Translations under genes and position numbers: made by a program | The notes under the pieces: model-generated | Database searches by the model: none | What the model was told of the DNA's origin: nothing | Seen by the model: only the letters and a program-made list of their open reading frames with translations | Assembly (NCBI GenBank): GCA_039683575.1 | Contig: JBDKRC010000110.1 | Coordinates: forward strand, 1-54,608 | From: Armatimonadia bacterium | GTDB lineage: Bacteria; Armatimonadota; Zipacnadia; Zipacnadales; UBA11051 | Direction: 5' to 3' | DNA length: 54,608 bases | Shown: piece after piece, positions 18,675 through 28,216 of the stretch | Layout of the letters: the number at the start of each line of letters is the position of its first letter | How positions within the stretch are numbered: position 1 is the stretch's first letter

Positions 18675-19504
18675 TGTTCTGACGCAATGTAGTCCAGCAC
18701 CTTCGACCAATCCACGCTATCGACCGGCGAATCATGCCCTCCGCCCGGAATCTCCTCGTATTGTACCTCACGCCCCAGTCCCTGCAGCCTGGCCACCAGT
18801 TGGCGGGACCACTCCACCGGAATCAGCGTGTCAGCGTCGCCGTGGCAGATATGCACGCGCATCGTCAGCCGCTCGGCATGGCGCAGCACTGAACGCGCCT
18901 CAAGCTCCTGCCGCAGGTCGTGCCCGTCGGTCGTGTAGTGAATGCGTATCGCGGCGGCGAGGTTGGCAATCGTCGCATTGCCCCCGGCGCGCTGCAGGCA
19001 CCAGTCGTAGAAGGCCGCCACGTCCGCCGCCGGGCAGCGGGCTAATACGCCCTTGAAGAGCTGTGGCTGGCGCATGGCGAGGATCAGGGCTGAGGTCCCG
19101 CCCATCGAGCCGCCGCCGAGGTAGACCGGCAGGCCCGGATACTGCTGCTTCAGCACCCCGATCAGGTCCACCATCCCCGCCTCAGCCATTGGCCCCATCC
19201 AGCTATTCCCGCCATACCATGCGCACACATAGACCCAGTTGCGCTGCAGGCACTCGCGTCGCAGCTTGCCGAAGGCGTCGCCATAGATGCCCTCGGTCAT
19301 CATCTGCGTCTCGTCGGCGTAGTGGCCGTGCAGGTTGACGAGGATGGCAACAGGCGTGCCGGCGGGCTGCTGCACGAGGTAGGGCCACTTCGAGCCGTCC
19401 GCGGTGCAGTTGAAGGTATGGCGCTGCGGCGGGGGGAGGGGTTCGGCGGCGGCGAGGGTGAGGGTTAGCAGCAAGAGCAGCAGTATCAATGTCAGCGTAG
19501 GCAC
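18656..19504 (-). CDS. Secreted alpha/beta hydrolase (prolyl-oligopeptidase/esterase-like)
   Basis: Signal peptide; LHGH, GGSMGG nucleophile elbow, HGDADTLIP, GGGH. Confidence 0.85.
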   Translation of the reverse strand: MPTLTLILLLLLLTLTLAAAEPLPPPQRHTFNCTADGSKWPYLVQQPAGTPVAILVNLHGHYADETQMMTEGIYGDAFGKLRRECLQRNWVYVCAWYGGNSWMGPMAEAGMVDLIGVLKQQYPGLPVYLGGGSMGGTSALILAMRQPQLFKGVLARCPAADVAAFYDWCLQRAGGNATIANLAAAIRIHYTTDGHDLRQELEARSVLRHAERLTMRVHICHGDADTLIPVEWSRQLVARLQGLGREVQYEEIPGGGHDSPVDSVDWSKVLDYIASEQVGALP

Positions 19505-19520
19505 TGTACACCTCGAGTCA

Positions 19521-20465
19521 TCAGAGCTTTGCGGCGATGAACTGGCGAACGGCAGCGAGGACTTCCTCGGTTACTGCGGGTGCGTCAACAGGCGTGATCT
19601 TCACCGGCGTCCTGTGCCCTGCCACTAGCAGCCTCACCCCGGAGAAGTCGTGCTCGCCATGAAGAGGCTGCAGGTTCAGCCCGCGATCAATTCCTGGGCC
19701 ACCCAGTATAACGCCTTTGTGGGTCACTGTTGCCACGAGGTCCCATTCCTGCGCCGCCATGACCTGCTCGGGGACATGGAGAGGCTGGCGATGCGCTCTC
19801 CGATCGAGCCATGCCACACGCCGCCCGGCCCCAGTGGGAATGACCTCTGCCTCGCCCACCACCTCGCGCAGTTGCGCCTCTTGGACAGCGTAGTGCTGGC
19901 GGCTGAGTTCGATATACTCCGGCGGCAACTGTACGCCTGCCGCCAGCGCACGCAGGGCGGCCTCAGTGTGGCGATAGTTGCGGGGCTGCATCAGGGCCGC
20001 GAGCAGGCCGAAGTGCATCCGAACCTGCGGGTCGGGCGATTGGTCTTTCTTGCTCAGCAGCCCCAGCCAGTGGCCGCTCCCGCCATCGGAGCGGCACAAT
20101 TCGTTTCTGACGATGGCCGCGGCCGTGGTCTTGGCCTCATCTACGCAGCAGGTCGCCAGCAGCCCCTGAAGCTCTGTGTTCCCGCGCCAGCCGAAGTGGT
20201 GGTCGTAGAGATGCACCGGGATGCTGTGCTGGTGAAGCTCGGTCAATGCCGTTAGTAGGGCCTGGCGACTTCTCGACTCGCAGTGGATATCGGTCACGAA
20301 GATGGCGCCGGGCAGCGAGGGCTTCACGAGCGTCTCGGACAGGTGCTGCGCCAGCTTCTCACCGTTGCTGATCTTGATCGCGGCTTCCGGCCGCTGGCGC
20401 AGCAGCAGGATACCACAGACCATGCCGTCGAGATCGCCATGGGTCAGAATGAGGGGGGAGTTCAT
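19521..20465 (-). CDS. DHH-family phosphoesterase
   Basis: THGDLDG, VTDI, YDHH, TTAA motifs; start at ATG 20465 overlapping the upstream stop (ATGA). Confidence 0.8.
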   Translation of the reverse strand: MNSPLILTHGDLDGMVCGILLLRQRPEAAIKISNGEKLAQHLSETLVKPSLPGAIFVTDIHCESRSRQALLTALTELHQHSIPVHLYDHHFGWRGNTELQGLLATCCVDEAKTTAAAIVRNELCRSDGGSGHWLGLLSKKDQSPDPQVRMHFGLLAALMQPRNYRHTEAALRALAAGVQLPPEYIELSRQHYAVQEAQLREVVGEAEVIPTGAGRRVAWLDRRAHRQPLHVPEQVMAAQEWDLVATVTHKGVILGGPGIDRGLNLQPLHGEHDFSGVRLLVAGHRTPVKITPVDAPAVTEEVLAAVRQFIAAKL

Positions 20466-21313
20466 GCGATGCGCTCCCACATGTCGCGAGGCGGGATTGG
20501 GTATTCCGGTTGTCCCGGCGTGATGACGTGTATGGGGAACCTGGCTCCTGCGAGTCGAGCCGCCGCACGTTCCCACAAGACGCTTCTGGGCTTGTAGTCA
20601 CACAGCACGATCAGGCCCTCAACCTCCACCGGGTCTTCGGGCAGCCGCACCTGCGGCGCGAGCAGCCCAAGCTGCTGGCGCTGGCTGATGACTGTACGGT
20701 AGACCTGCGCGACCTCCGTAGTGGCTGCGCCGTCGTCAGCGGTAAGCCAGGTCTGATAGCGGCCCAGCTGTGCCGCCAGGTCCTGGATGTCGCTATTGAG
20801 GCCATGCTTGACCTCGGCGACGACCAGACGTGGAGTTTCATCCCGTGTCACACCCAGCAGGTCTATTTGATCAGCCCGGCCTGACTGACACACCTGGCGG
20901 TCGACGAACACGACCGGACAGTCAGGGGCGTGGCTGCCCAGCGCCAACCTCTGTTCGGCGGTGGCCTCGGGTCTGCAGAAGGGGTCAATACTGGTCAAGA
21001 TGGATGGCAGGTGCATCGCGTATCGCCGGATGAAGTAGGCGTCAGCCTTGAAGGCTACATACTCACCGGCACGTCTACCCCCGGCCAAGGGGACACTGAC
21101 CAGGTACTTGTGATGAATCTCCGCACGGTAGTCGCCGCGTTTCAGGCCGACAAGCTTCAGAGCCGCCTGGCCATGGTGGTAGAGGTTCAGATAGTCGTCA
21201 CGGATCTGCACGTCCAGTTCTGCCGCTCGCGCGGCCGGCAGAAGCTCTGCGAGGCAGCCAATTCGCAAGTCCTCCACGAAACGCTCTGACAATCCGCGTC
21301 TGAACATTCGCAC
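20462..21313 (-). CDS. PD-(D/E)XK-superfamily nuclease-like protein
   Basis: IDLLGV...LVVAEVK...AAQLGRY matches the NucS/Mrr-like D..ExK..QxxxY pattern; N-terminal QIRDDYLNLY domain. Confidence 0.7.
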   Translation of the reverse strand: MRMFRRGLSERFVEDLRIGCLAELLPAARAAELDVQIRDDYLNLYHHGQAALKLVGLKRGDYRAEIHHKYLVSVPLAGGRRAGEYVAFKADAYFIRRYAMHLPSILTSIDPFCRPEATAEQRLALGSHAPDCPVVFVDRQVCQSGRADQIDLLGVTRDETPRLVVAEVKHGLNSDIQDLAAQLGRYQTWLTADDGAATTEVAQVYRTVISQRQQLGLLAPQVRLPEDPVEVEGLIVLCDYKPRSVLWERAAARLAGARFPIHVITPGQPEYPIPPRDMWERIA

Positions 21314-21316
21314 CCC

Positions 21317-22735
21317 CTACAGTAGCTCCGCTTTCGCCTTCTCGAGCACTTCCTCCAGCGCCTTGACGACTTCCTCCGGGTGCGAGGCGGGTTCGTAGGC
21401 CGCTACTCGCTCCAGTACTTGCTCGTGGGCTTGCTGGACGATCTGCTGCTCGGTCTGCGTCTCGGTCTGGCGGGTGAAGTAGCGCGGGAACCAGGCTTCG
21501 TCGCGGTAATGGTCGAGTGTGTGGTCGGAGGTTAGGAAGTTGCCGCCCGCTTCGAGGATGGTCTGCTGGAGGCGCTGGGGCACCTCGCCCGGCTCGGGCT
21601 CGCGCGGGGCCTGCCAGAGGTGGCTGAAGCCCTCCAGTATCTCCAGGTCGAGCAGCAGTTGCTCGGGCGAGGTGACGCTGCCGTTGTCTAGCGTGCCGCC
21701 ACCGGGGTAGCCGAGGGCGTGGTGGTCTACCAGAGCCGCGTAGCCGATGGCTTTGAGGAGCTTTTCGTAGACCGCCTGCATGCCGGGGCGCTTGGCCGTG
21801 ACGTACGTCCGCCCGCCGATGCGGGTCCCGCCGCCGAAGTGACGCTCCATCAACTGGTAGACGCCCGCGTCCACCTGTACCGTCTGCGGGGAGGAGGAAG
21901 TGATGGTGCCGCCGGCCATGTCTACCTGCGTGGAGGCGATCCAGCCCAGCAGGGGAGCCTGCGGGTCAATGATCTGCGAGAGGATTAGCCCGCCGACGAT
22001 CTCGGCGGTGCCCAGGACGATGCTGCCCCAGGTGTCCACGGGGCCGCTGCCGCCTACTGCCGGCATGGGGGTGATCATGCTCATACTATGGTAAGCAGCG
22101 CGGCGCAGCATCGTCTCGCACGTGCGGTATTCGAGGCGCAGGGGCGGATTGACGCAGTTGCAGCAGCCGACGAAGGCAGGGATGTCGCGGCCGAGGATTT
22201 GGCCGATCGCGGCCACGAAAGGCAGGGCCTCGGGCATGGTGACATCAACTGACCCGAGGGGCTTGTCGGTCAGGCGGGCCATGCGGACCAGGCTGTCGAG
22301 TTGCTCGATCTCCGGCGGCACGTCCTGGCGAGAGAGGGGGATGGTCAGGCCGGTGATCCGGGGCTCGGCGTGGGCGAACTTGACCACCCACTCCAGGCGC
22401 TCGCGGGTCCCGCCCACGGCCTGCTCTCGCTCGCAGTCGTAGAGCTTCGGCGTGATGTTGCCATAGCCGGTGCGCAGTTCGGTGTAGGGGCGGATCAGGT
22501 CTTGCGCCTGCGCGGGAGGCTTGTCGCGGTACTGCTCCTGCAGGGCGGCCGTCAGGTCGGCTATCTGAGCGTCACTGAACAGCATCCGGCCCTGCGGCGA
22601 CTGCCGGCAGCCGGCCTGCAGGGCCATTTCGACTACGCGGGGGTGACCGACATGGTAGCCGACTTCGCGCAGCACCTGCCGGACCTCGTCGGCGAGGCGG
22701 TCGAACTGGTTGTCGGTGAATAGCTGGAGGTTCAT
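21317..22735 (-). CDS. Trimethylamine methyltransferase (MttB) superfamily, non-pyrrolysine
   Basis: PPLRL, GGSGPV..GSIVLGTAE, GTLDNGSVTSPEQLLLD, GNFLTSDHT; no in-frame TAG. Confidence 0.85.
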   Translation of the reverse strand: MNLQLFTDNQFDRLADEVRQVLREVGYHVGHPRVVEMALQAGCRQSPQGRMLFSDAQIADLTAALQEQYRDKPPAQAQDLIRPYTELRTGYGNITPKLYDCEREQAVGGTRERLEWVVKFAHAEPRITGLTIPLSRQDVPPEIEQLDSLVRMARLTDKPLGSVDVTMPEALPFVAAIGQILGRDIPAFVGCCNCVNPPLRLEYRTCETMLRRAAYHSMSMITPMPAVGGSGPVDTWGSIVLGTAEIVGGLILSQIIDPQAPLLGWIASTQVDMAGGTITSSSPQTVQVDAGVYQLMERHFGGGTRIGGRTYVTAKRPGMQAVYEKLLKAIGYAALVDHHALGYPGGGTLDNGSVTSPEQLLLDLEILEGFSHLWQAPREPEPGEVPQRLQQTILEAGGNFLTSDHTLDHYRDEAWFPRYFTRQTETQTEQQIVQQAHEQVLERVAAYEPASHPEEVVKALEEVLEKAKAELL

Positions 22736-22805
22736 TCAGGAGGTATTCAGCGCCGAACGGCCAAACCCTCTTCGCCGTCCACCGTTACCACTACAGGAGA
22801 GCAAC

Positions 22806-23582
22806 ATGCGCATCGACTCACATGCCCATGGGAGTGCGGGGGGATTGCAGGAAGATGCGGCAGCCTATGCGGCGCGGATGGCGGAGCAGGGGATTGACGG
22901 TCTCGTGCTCATCGATGAGCCGGAGGCTGTCCTGGCTTCGGCGCGCAAGATGGGCAGTTTTGTGATTCCGGTACCGATCATTGACATGGAGCACGACGGG
23001 CCGGAGGTGGTACACCGGCTGTTTGACCGAGGCGCGCGGGGCATCAAGTTCTTTCGCCCACTTCACGCACTGGGCCACGAGCGGTACTTTCCGCTTTACG
23101 AGGCCGTCAAAGAGCGGGACGGGGTGGCGGTCTTCCATACGGGGTACCTGATGCACGATGCGAACTACTCCCCCCGGTGGCAGGTGAAGCTGGATGACCT
23201 CAGAACCAGCCACATTGACACCATTGAGCGGTGGGTGCCACACCTGCGCGTGCTGATGAGCCACTTCGGCAACCCGTACTGGGAGGAGTGCTGGAAGGTC
23301 ATGTGGGCTCACCCGACCGTGTACGCCGATCTGTCCGGCGGCACCGCGATCAAGCGCTCGATGCTCTTTTGGCGGGAGATGTTCGCGCCGAACGGTGAGC
23401 TTCTGGAGGAGTGTGCCACGAAGCTGTGTTTCGGCACCGATGCCGGGTACTTCGGCGGGGACCCTGGCTCCGACGCCTACATTCGCTTCTACGAGCGGCT
23501 GCTCGACGAGATTGGGGCGCCGCCGGAGTTACGGGAGAAGATCAACAGCGGCAATATCCTATCGCTGTTCAAGCTCGATTAG
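22806..23582 (+). CDS. Amidohydrolase family (Amidohydro_2-like)
   Basis: MRIDSHAH, GIKF, FHTG, SHFGNPY, FGTD; AGGAG RBS upstream of ATG 22806. Confidence 0.88.
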   Translation: MRIDSHAHGSAGGLQEDAAAYAARMAEQGIDGLVLIDEPEAVLASARKMGSFVIPVPIIDMEHDGPEVVHRLFDRGARGIKFFRPLHALGHERYFPLYEAVKERDGVAVFHTGYLMHDANYSPRWQVKLDDLRTSHIDTIERWVPHLRVLMSHFGNPYWEECWKVMWAHPTVYADLSGGTAIKRSMLFWREMFAPNGELLEECATKLCFGTDAGYFGGDPGSDAYIRFYERLLDEIGAPPELREKINSGNILSLFKLD

Positions 23583-23617
23583 CGGCCGCACCAGTTCGCG
23601 ACCAAGGGAGCCTGACC

Positions 23618-24607
23618 ATGACGACTACCCACAATCCGCCTGAGGGGGCACAGCGCTTGCCGCTGGACAAGCTCCATGCCTGGGAAGCCCTGGGCTACGG
23701 GATGTTCATTCATTTCGGCATGAGTACGTTCGTGGGGCAGGAACTGCCGTCGGGGAGTGAGCCATCGAGCCTGTATGCGCCGACCGCGCTGGATGTGGAC
23801 CAGTGGATTCGGGTGGCGTGCGATGCAGGGATGAAGTACGCGGTGCTGACGACGAAGCATGTTTCCGGCCACTGCCTGTGGCCCAGCGACCATACGGACT
23901 ATCACGTCGGCACCAGCGGCAACCAGACGGATGTCGTCGAGGCCTTTGTGACCGCGTGCGCCAAGCATGGGTTGAGGGCGGGGTTCTACTACTGCACCTG
24001 GGACAACCACCACCGGTTCGGTTCGGTGACTTGGTCCGAGGCTCCGCTGGAGAGGACGTTCACCACGGCAGCCTACCGGGACTTCCAGATGGCGCAGATC
24101 GAGGAGTTGTTGACGCGCTACGGGCCCGTGGGAGAGGTGTGGGTTGACATACCGGGGCCGCTGGGGCATGAGGGACGCCGGGAGCAGTATGCGCAGATTG
24201 CCAGCCTGCAGCCCGACGCGGTGATAATGATGAACCACGGCTGCACCGATGGCTCGTCATTGCGGTACGAGTATGCGTGGCCCACCGATCTGATGGCGAT
24301 TGAACGGTTCATGCCAGCGTCCAACCGGGGGTACAAGCCGTGGCACACGGTGGCCCAGACGCGTACCGATGTGCAGGACTACTATCTGCCGGGCGAAGTG
24401 TGCGACCCCATCGGCTACGAGTGGTTCTGGGTTGAGGGGGATACGCTCCGCAGCGACCGGGAACTGCTGGGGATGCGGCTGATCGCGCAGGAGCGAGGGA
24501 CGAACCTGCTGCTGGATGTGCCGCCAGACCGGCGGGGAGTGATACCGGAAGCGACGGTGCAGGCGTTGATGCGCCTGCACCGTAACATGGAGCAGCTTGG
24601 GAGCTGA
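23618..24607 (+). CDS. Alpha-L-fucosidase, GH29
   Basis: GMFIHFG, GMKYAVLTTKH, WVD nucleophile, NLLLDVPP; GGGAG RBS upstream of ATG 23618. Confidence 0.88.
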   Translation: MTTTHNPPEGAQRLPLDKLHAWEALGYGMFIHFGMSTFVGQELPSGSEPSSLYAPTALDVDQWIRVACDAGMKYAVLTTKHVSGHCLWPSDHTDYHVGTSGNQTDVVEAFVTACAKHGLRAGFYYCTWDNHHRFGSVTWSEAPLERTFTTAAYRDFQMAQIEELLTRYGPVGEVWVDIPGPLGHEGRREQYAQIASLQPDAVIMMNHGCTDGSSLRYEYAWPTDLMAIERFMPASNRGYKPWHTVAQTRTDVQDYYLPGEVCDPIGYEWFWVEGDTLRSDRELLGMRLIAQERGTNLLLDVPPDRRGVIPEATVQALMRLHRNMEQLGS

Positions 24608-24695
24608 TGCTTAGGACATTGTGAGAGAGTTTGTCGACCGGTGTGATGGCGGGCCGGAGGCCGACGGTGAGGCTGTCGGCACTCGGCCCCTCCAG

Positions 24696-24724
24696 AGGGA
24701 TCCTTCACTGCGTTCAGGATGACA
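24696..24724. repeat. Half of a GTCATyCTGA-type palindromic element
   Basis: GGGATCCTTCACTGCGTTCAGGATGACA, related to the right arm of 37358-37441; lies between convergent genes. Confidence 0.65.
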
Positions 24725-24738
24725 GGCGCGGTTGGGCG

Positions 24739-25683
24739 TCAGGCATGCTTGAAGATCGGCTCGAGGCCGGCGATCTGCTGCTTGAGGCGGGCGCGGTCGG
24801 CGTCGCTGAGGGGCTGGTAGCGTGAAGCGAGCTCGACGCACAGCTTCATCAGCCGCACATCGCCCGGGGGGACTGTCGCGGTAATCGGCAGGTCCAGGGC
24901 GTAGCGCAGGAGCAAGTCGGCCTGCTCGGGGCTGTCCTGGGGCTGGTACCAGCACTTGGGGTACTTGCGCTCGGTGTTCGGCTGGACTTTGGTCCAGGCG
25001 ATGGCCTTCAGGCCCAGGCGCGCGGTCCCGAGGCGCTTGGCCTCATCGAGGACCTGCTGGCCGAAGCCACCGTTCTCCATGCAGACGGCGTTGAACGGGA
25101 ACAGCAAGCTATCGAAATGGAACTTGCTTAGCGCCAGCAGCGCGCTTTGCATGTCATGAGCGGAGAAGCCGAGGTAGCGTACCTTGCCGGCCTCACGCGC
25201 CGCAACAAAGGTCTCCATCGCCCCGCCGGGACCGAAGACCTTGTCCACTTCCTCGGGCTTGACCAGACCGTGCATCTGGTACAGATCGAAATGGTCCGTC
25301 TGCAGCACCCGCAGGGAGTTCTCAAGCTCCTCGCGGGCACCAGCGGCGTCGCGTTTGCCGGTCTTGCAGGCGAGAAAGACGCTGTCGCGATAGGGCTTCA
25401 GCGCCGGGCCGAGGCGGTCCTGAGCGTCGCCATAGCTTGGCGCGACGTCGAAGTAGTTGACGCCCCGGTCCACGGCCCAGGCGACGGCATCGTTGGCCTC
25501 GCTCTGCTCGGACTTCATGACCACGATCCCGCCAAAGCCCACTATCGAGAGCTGAAGGCCTGTCTCACCGTATGGCCGCCGCGCCAGGGGCCCGGCCGGC
25601 TTGTCGTCTGCCATCACTCCACCTCCTGCCATCGCGGCCAGACCTGCCAGCCCAAGTTGCCTCAGAAAATCCCTGCGATTCAT
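24739..25683 (-). CDS. Aldo/keto reductase with Tat signal
   Basis: MNRRDFL twin-arginine signal; GFGG, YFDVAPSYG, DLYQMH, GKVRYLGFSAH; start at ATG 25683. Confidence 0.9.
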   Translation of the reverse strand: MNRRDFLRQLGLAGLAAMAGGGVMADDKPAGPLARRPYGETGLQLSIVGFGGIVVMKSEQSEANDAVAWAVDRGVNYFDVAPSYGDAQDRLGPALKPYRDSVFLACKTGKRDAAGAREELENSLRVLQTDHFDLYQMHGLVKPEEVDKVFGPGGAMETFVAAREAGKVRYLGFSAHDMQSALLALSKFHFDSLLFPFNAVCMENGGFGQQVLDEAKRLGTARLGLKAIAWTKVQPNTERKYPKCWYQPQDSPEQADLLLRYALDLPITATVPPGDVRLMKLCVELASRYQPLSDADRARLKQQIAGLEPIFKHA

Positions 25684-25706
25684 GTCTGCCTCCTCAGCGT
25701 CCCCCA

Positions 25707-28184
25707 CTACTTCTCTTCGGGTTGCGGAAAGAAGACCGGTGCCAGCGGCACGATCTTGCACTTGCACGGCCTGGCGATCTTGCTGGTGTCGATTGGCTGG
25801 AAGCCAAGCTTCAGGGCCGGCGAGCCGGGCTTGAGGGAGTAATCATCGTGCTTCGGATCGGTAAACAGCGGGTCGGCCATGACGGAATTGGCGTCATGCC
25901 CGAGCTTCTCCCATTCCTCGAACGACTTGCCGCCCCACATCATCTTATATTCCGTGACGCCGGGGCACCAGTACAGGTTGCGGTCGCAGCGAATGACTTC
26001 GGGAGTGACCGCGCCGCCCACGAAGAGCAGGGCCTGAGGGTTGCTGTAGGCCACGATGTTGCGCTCCAGCACGCAGCCGGTCTGGTTGTTGGCGAAGTTG
26101 CTGATATGGCCCTGGCCCGCCTGGCCGTCCACGAAGACGTTGTTAGTGACAACGTTGTCCTTGCCGCCCTGGAACATGATCCCGCCGTTCCAACTGCGGT
26201 AGACGATGTTGTTGGTGACCTCGTAGCCCCCGGCGAAGCTGTCGAGGTAGATGCCCCAGGACAGGAAGCAGGGCTTGTCGTTGGTGGAGGAGTAGCCGAC
26301 GGAGTCGCCGACGATATTGTAGCGGATCTTGGTGCCGCTGCGCTCGTTGCGGTCCTGCTGGGTGACCTCGATTGCGCCGGTATCGTAGGTCTCGAGGCTG
26401 GTACTGAGTACCCGGTTGTACTCGATGATGTTGTCGTGCCCGGCCAACTTCATCGTGATGCCATAGCGGGTCATGTCATGGACGACGTTGCCGGTGACGA
26501 GGTTGTTGCTGGCCTTGTTCTGTAGCGTCACCCCGCCATTGTGCTTGTAGACCTGCCCGCAGTGGTGGAGGTGGTTGCCACTGACCGTGGTGTTGTTGCT
26601 GCCATTGAGGTTGATGCCGCCTTCGGCGCTGTCGGTGATGTCATTGTCGGCGATGGTGTTGTTGTTGCTCGTCTCGAAGCACACCGCGTCCTTGCCGATA
26701 TTGCGGAAGGTGCAGCCTCGCACGACGCAGCCCGTGGCGTCCTTGAAATACAGGACTCCGTTGGTGCCCATGCCGTAGCTGATGACGCCGTCTTTGCTGT
26801 CCCAGTCGCCGCCGCGGATGGTCAGGCCGGTGAAGCTGACGTCTTTGCCGGGGTTGATCTCGATGATCCGGCCCACAGTCGGGGCCATGACCTCTGACTT
26901 TGGGTTCCAGCCTTTGGGCGGAACGATGGTCAGCGTGCCCGTCTGCCGGTTCAGATACCACTCACCCGGCGCGTCGCACTCGCTTTCGATGTTCTCGACG
27001 AAGTAGCGGTCACCGGCGTGGAGTTGGGAGCTGAGTTCCGGACCGGAGAGCACGATTTGGCGCTGCTCGGGGTCGATGGAGGCGATGCCGGCGATCTCTT
27101 TGAACGCGCGGCAGTTGCCGGTCTGGAAGATGTGAACTTCGGCGCCGGGGGCCTGAGCGAACTCGGGCTTGAGTTCACCCTCACCATAGTGGAAGCGGTC
27201 CTTCTCGCCCGCGCCGCTGCCGCCGACCGCGAGTTGCTTGCCGTTGTACTTCACGAAGTTCTCGGCCTGCACGACCATTAGCTGCTTGTCCGCCGCGACC
27301 GGCGGCAGGTTGGTGTTCACTGGCTTCCAGGCTGGGTCGGTGGTCAGCGCGTAGGCCTCGAAGTTCAGCCCGCCGCCTTTGACGTTCTCCCAGCGCAGTA
27401 TGTGCTCACCCGCTGTGAGCTTGACTGTGGCGCAGTTGGCCCACTTATACGTCCCCCAGCCGCCGGTGTCGGGGAGGTTCATCAGCGGCACGGCCTCGCC
27501 GCCATCCACCTTGACGACTGTTCGCTCGGCCATGGTCTTGTTGCCGAACGGCTCATTCAGCGCGCCGTAGTACATCCAGAAGGTATAGTCACCGTCCGCC
27601 GGGACGGTGAGCTTGTAGTCCATCCAGTCGCCGGGGTTGTGGATGCAGCCGACGCTGATCCCGAACGCGCTCTTGTCCTTCGAGGTGTAGAAGAACCCCT
27701 TGCGGTAAGGGTCGGTCGTGTCCACGTTCGGGGTCCGCGCCCGTACGAGGCGCTGGCCGTCCATGAAGAGGGACTTGAAGCTCCACTGGCCATCCTTCAC
27801 GTCTGGCAGGACGACCGAGAGCTTGCCGTCGGGGCCCTTCTTCAGGCCCGTAATGAGCCTGCCGCCGATGAGCTGGGGCTTCTCAGTGCCGAAAGCCACG
27901 AAGCTCAGCCCCATGTCCTCAGGGCCGAGTTTCAGTGTCTCGTTCAGACAGTACTTGCCCTCCCGCAGGACGATCCGGCGTGGCATCGGGAGCTTCCGGG
28001 CGGCTGCGACTGCCGCAGGGAGGGTTGCCAGCGGCCCGTCGGTTTTGGCGGCGTTGGGGGCAGGCAGCTTGCCTGACCAGTTGTCATTGCCAGCGGGCGA
28101 CACGTACACCGTCGCCTGATCCGCCGCCATTGCGACTGCACAACTCAGCACAAGGATCACCAGCACCAGCATAAACCGTTGCAT
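25707..28184 (-). CDS. Secreted right-handed parallel beta-helix protein with a CBM6/35-like insert
   Basis: YVSPAGNDNWSG..DGPLAT N-terminus, DAPGEWY, PbH1-type repeats, DTGGWGTY..LTAGEHILR insert; AGGAGG RBS upstream of ATG 28184. Confidence 0.85.
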   Translation of the reverse strand: MQRFMLVLVILVLSCAVAMAADQATVYVSPAGNDNWSGKLPAPNAAKTDGPLATLPAAVAAARKLPMPRRIVLREGKYCLNETLKLGPEDMGLSFVAFGTEKPQLIGGRLITGLKKGPDGKLSVVLPDVKDGQWSFKSLFMDGQRLVRARTPNVDTTDPYRKGFFYTSKDKSAFGISVGCIHNPGDWMDYKLTVPADGDYTFWMYYGALNEPFGNKTMAERTVVKVDGGEAVPLMNLPDTGGWGTYKWANCATVKLTAGEHILRWENVKGGGLNFEAYALTTDPAWKPVNTNLPPVAADKQLMVVQAENFVKYNGKQLAVGGSGAGEKDRFHYGEGELKPEFAQAPGAEVHIFQTGNCRAFKEIAGIASIDPEQRQIVLSGPELSSQLHAGDRYFVENIESECDAPGEWYLNRQTGTLTIVPPKGWNPKSEVMAPTVGRIIEINPGKDVSFTGLTIRGGDWDSKDGVISYGMGTNGVLYFKDATGCVVRGCTFRNIGKDAVCFETSNNNTIADNDITDSAEGGINLNGSNNTTVSGNHLHHCGQVYKHNGGVTLQNKASNNLVTGNVVHDMTRYGITMKLAGHDNIIEYNRVLSTSLETYDTGAIEVTQQDRNERSGTKIRYNIVGDSVGYSSTNDKPCFLSWGIYLDSFAGGYEVTNNIVYRSWNGGIMFQGGKDNVVTNNVFVDGQAGQGHISNFANNQTGCVLERNIVAYSNPQALLFVGGAVTPEVIRCDRNLYWCPGVTEYKMMWGGKSFEEWEKLGHDANSVMADPLFTDPKHDDYSLKPGSPALKLGFQPIDTSKIARPCKCKIVPLAPVFFPQPEEK

Positions 28185-28216
28185 GTCATGCCTCCTGGTC
28201 ATTCCCGTAAGGCCTG

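Noticed and set aside
21317..22735. Pyrrolysine recoding in MttB
   Set aside because: The ORF is full length with no internal TAG, and no pyl genes are present
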